Shown: positions 5,493 through 5,726 of the stretch, piece by piece
Layout: each line of letters starts with the position of its first letter
Position numbering within the stretch: position 1 is the first letter of the stretch
Virus record (IMG/VR): IMGVR_UViG_3300045988_001819
Span: 1-5,726 of that record
Origin: a virus
Strand: one strand, 5' to 3'
DNA length: 5,726 bases
Made by a program: the position numbers and the translations under genes
Notes under the pieces: model-generated
Databases searched by the model: none
What the model was told of the DNA's origin: nothing
Seen by the model: the letters and a program-made list of their open reading frames with translations, nothing else

Positions 5493-5599
5493 TATTTATC
5501 CTCCTTATCCAGTCCCATGGCGTGATAGATCTTGTCCAGCATCGCAAGGATCTTCCTTAACTGATTAAAAATTCCGCGGATGTCTTTCAAAGTGATCAT
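5492..5599 (-). CDS. Hypothetical 35-aa protein (MITLKDIRGIFNQLRKILAMLDKIYHAMGLDKEDK), translationally coupled to the J-like gene
   Basis: ATG 5599-5597 is preceded by AGGAGG at 7 nt. Its stop codon overlaps the next start as TAATG. The sequence looks like one amphipathic helix. No homology is recognisable by eye. Confidence 0.45.
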   Translation of the reverse strand: MITLKDIRGIFNQLRKILAMLDKIYHAMGLDKEDK

Positions 5600-5607
5600 G
5601 GCAGCAC

Positions 5608-5726
5608 CTCCTTTCTGTGGTTGATTTGTGCAAATACCACCGGTTCGCCAGCGCTGGAGGCAGAGCATTCCTCCTTTACATTTGGACGCCGGTTCCCCTA
5701 TGTCAATTTTACCAAAAAAAAAAAAC
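5608..5726. repeat. Right copy of the exact 119-nt terminal direct repeat (circular-contig overlap)
   Basis: Identical to 1-119. It begins inside the Shine-Dalgarno region of the 35-aa ORF and ends after the A12 run. Confidence 0.95.
5678..5706 (-). promoter_or_regulatory. Weak candidate promoter P3 ahead of the structural operon (equivalent to 71-99)
   Basis: On the minus strand, TTGACA (5706-5701) sits just downstream of the T12 run and GGTAAAA, which could act as an UP element. The hexamer 17 nt downstream is AAATGT, only 2/6 to TATAAT. Confidence 0.25.

Larger units (their letters stand above)
1..5607 (-). other. One complete circular genome unit of a Microviridae (gokushovirus-like) ssDNA phage; all genes lie on the window minus strand
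   Basis: The exact 119-nt redundancy (1-119 = 5608-5726) closes the circle. The gene set VP3-VP1-VP2-VP4 plus a J-like peptide is all on one strand. The 5.6-kb size is typical of the family. Confidence 0.9.

Noticed and set aside
5600-5668. An in-frame upstream ATG would extend the 35-aa ORF to 58 aa.
   Set aside because: That ATG follows AGGAGG by only 1 nt, which is too close for initiation. The internal ATG at 5599 has an ideal 7-nt spacing, so the short form is more likely.
1-5726. A scan by eye for CRISPR arrays, tRNA or rRNA genes, transposase or integrase genes, and toxin-antitoxin pairs. The last was prompted by the fact that RHH proteins are often antitoxins.
   Set aside because: There are no spaced direct-repeat arrays, no cloverleaf-like segments and no ORFs of suitable size or motifs. 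No toxin-sized partner ORF lies adjacent to the RHH gene; its downstream neighbour is the Rep gene.

Overview
The window holds one complete circular genome of a small ssDNA phage of the family Microviridae, gokushovirus-like. Bases 1-119 recur exactly at 5608-5726, so the real unit is a 5,607-nt circle and the duplication is most likely an assembly overlap. All credible genes read on the minus strand. In transcription order around the circle they are: a 35-aa ORF, a 39-aa basic J-like DNA-binding protein, an 87-aa non-structural protein, VP3 scaffold, VP1 major capsid, VP2 pilot protein, a 67-aa ribbon-helix-helix (RHH) protein, VP4 (HUH rolling-circle Rep), and a 52-aa very acidic protein. 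Three of these (52, 39 and 35 aa) fall below the ORF-track cutoff and I found them by hand translation. The unusual part is non-structural. Two paralogous near-consensus promoters carry the same repeat array, plausibly an operator: three RGTGTA-type hexamers 13 bp apart plus a 5-N9-5 inverted repeat just after the -10. One promoter drives the RHH gene directly upstream of Rep, an arrangement like copG-repB in rolling-circle plasmids. The other drives the acidic 52-aa ORF, which ends at a strong strand-specific terminator, giving a moron-like cassette. Two long perfect hairpins lie between the RHH gene and Rep. I found no tRNA, CRISPR array, transposase, integrase or recognisable lysis gene. 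Functional calls rest on motifs I recognise by eye. No database search was possible.
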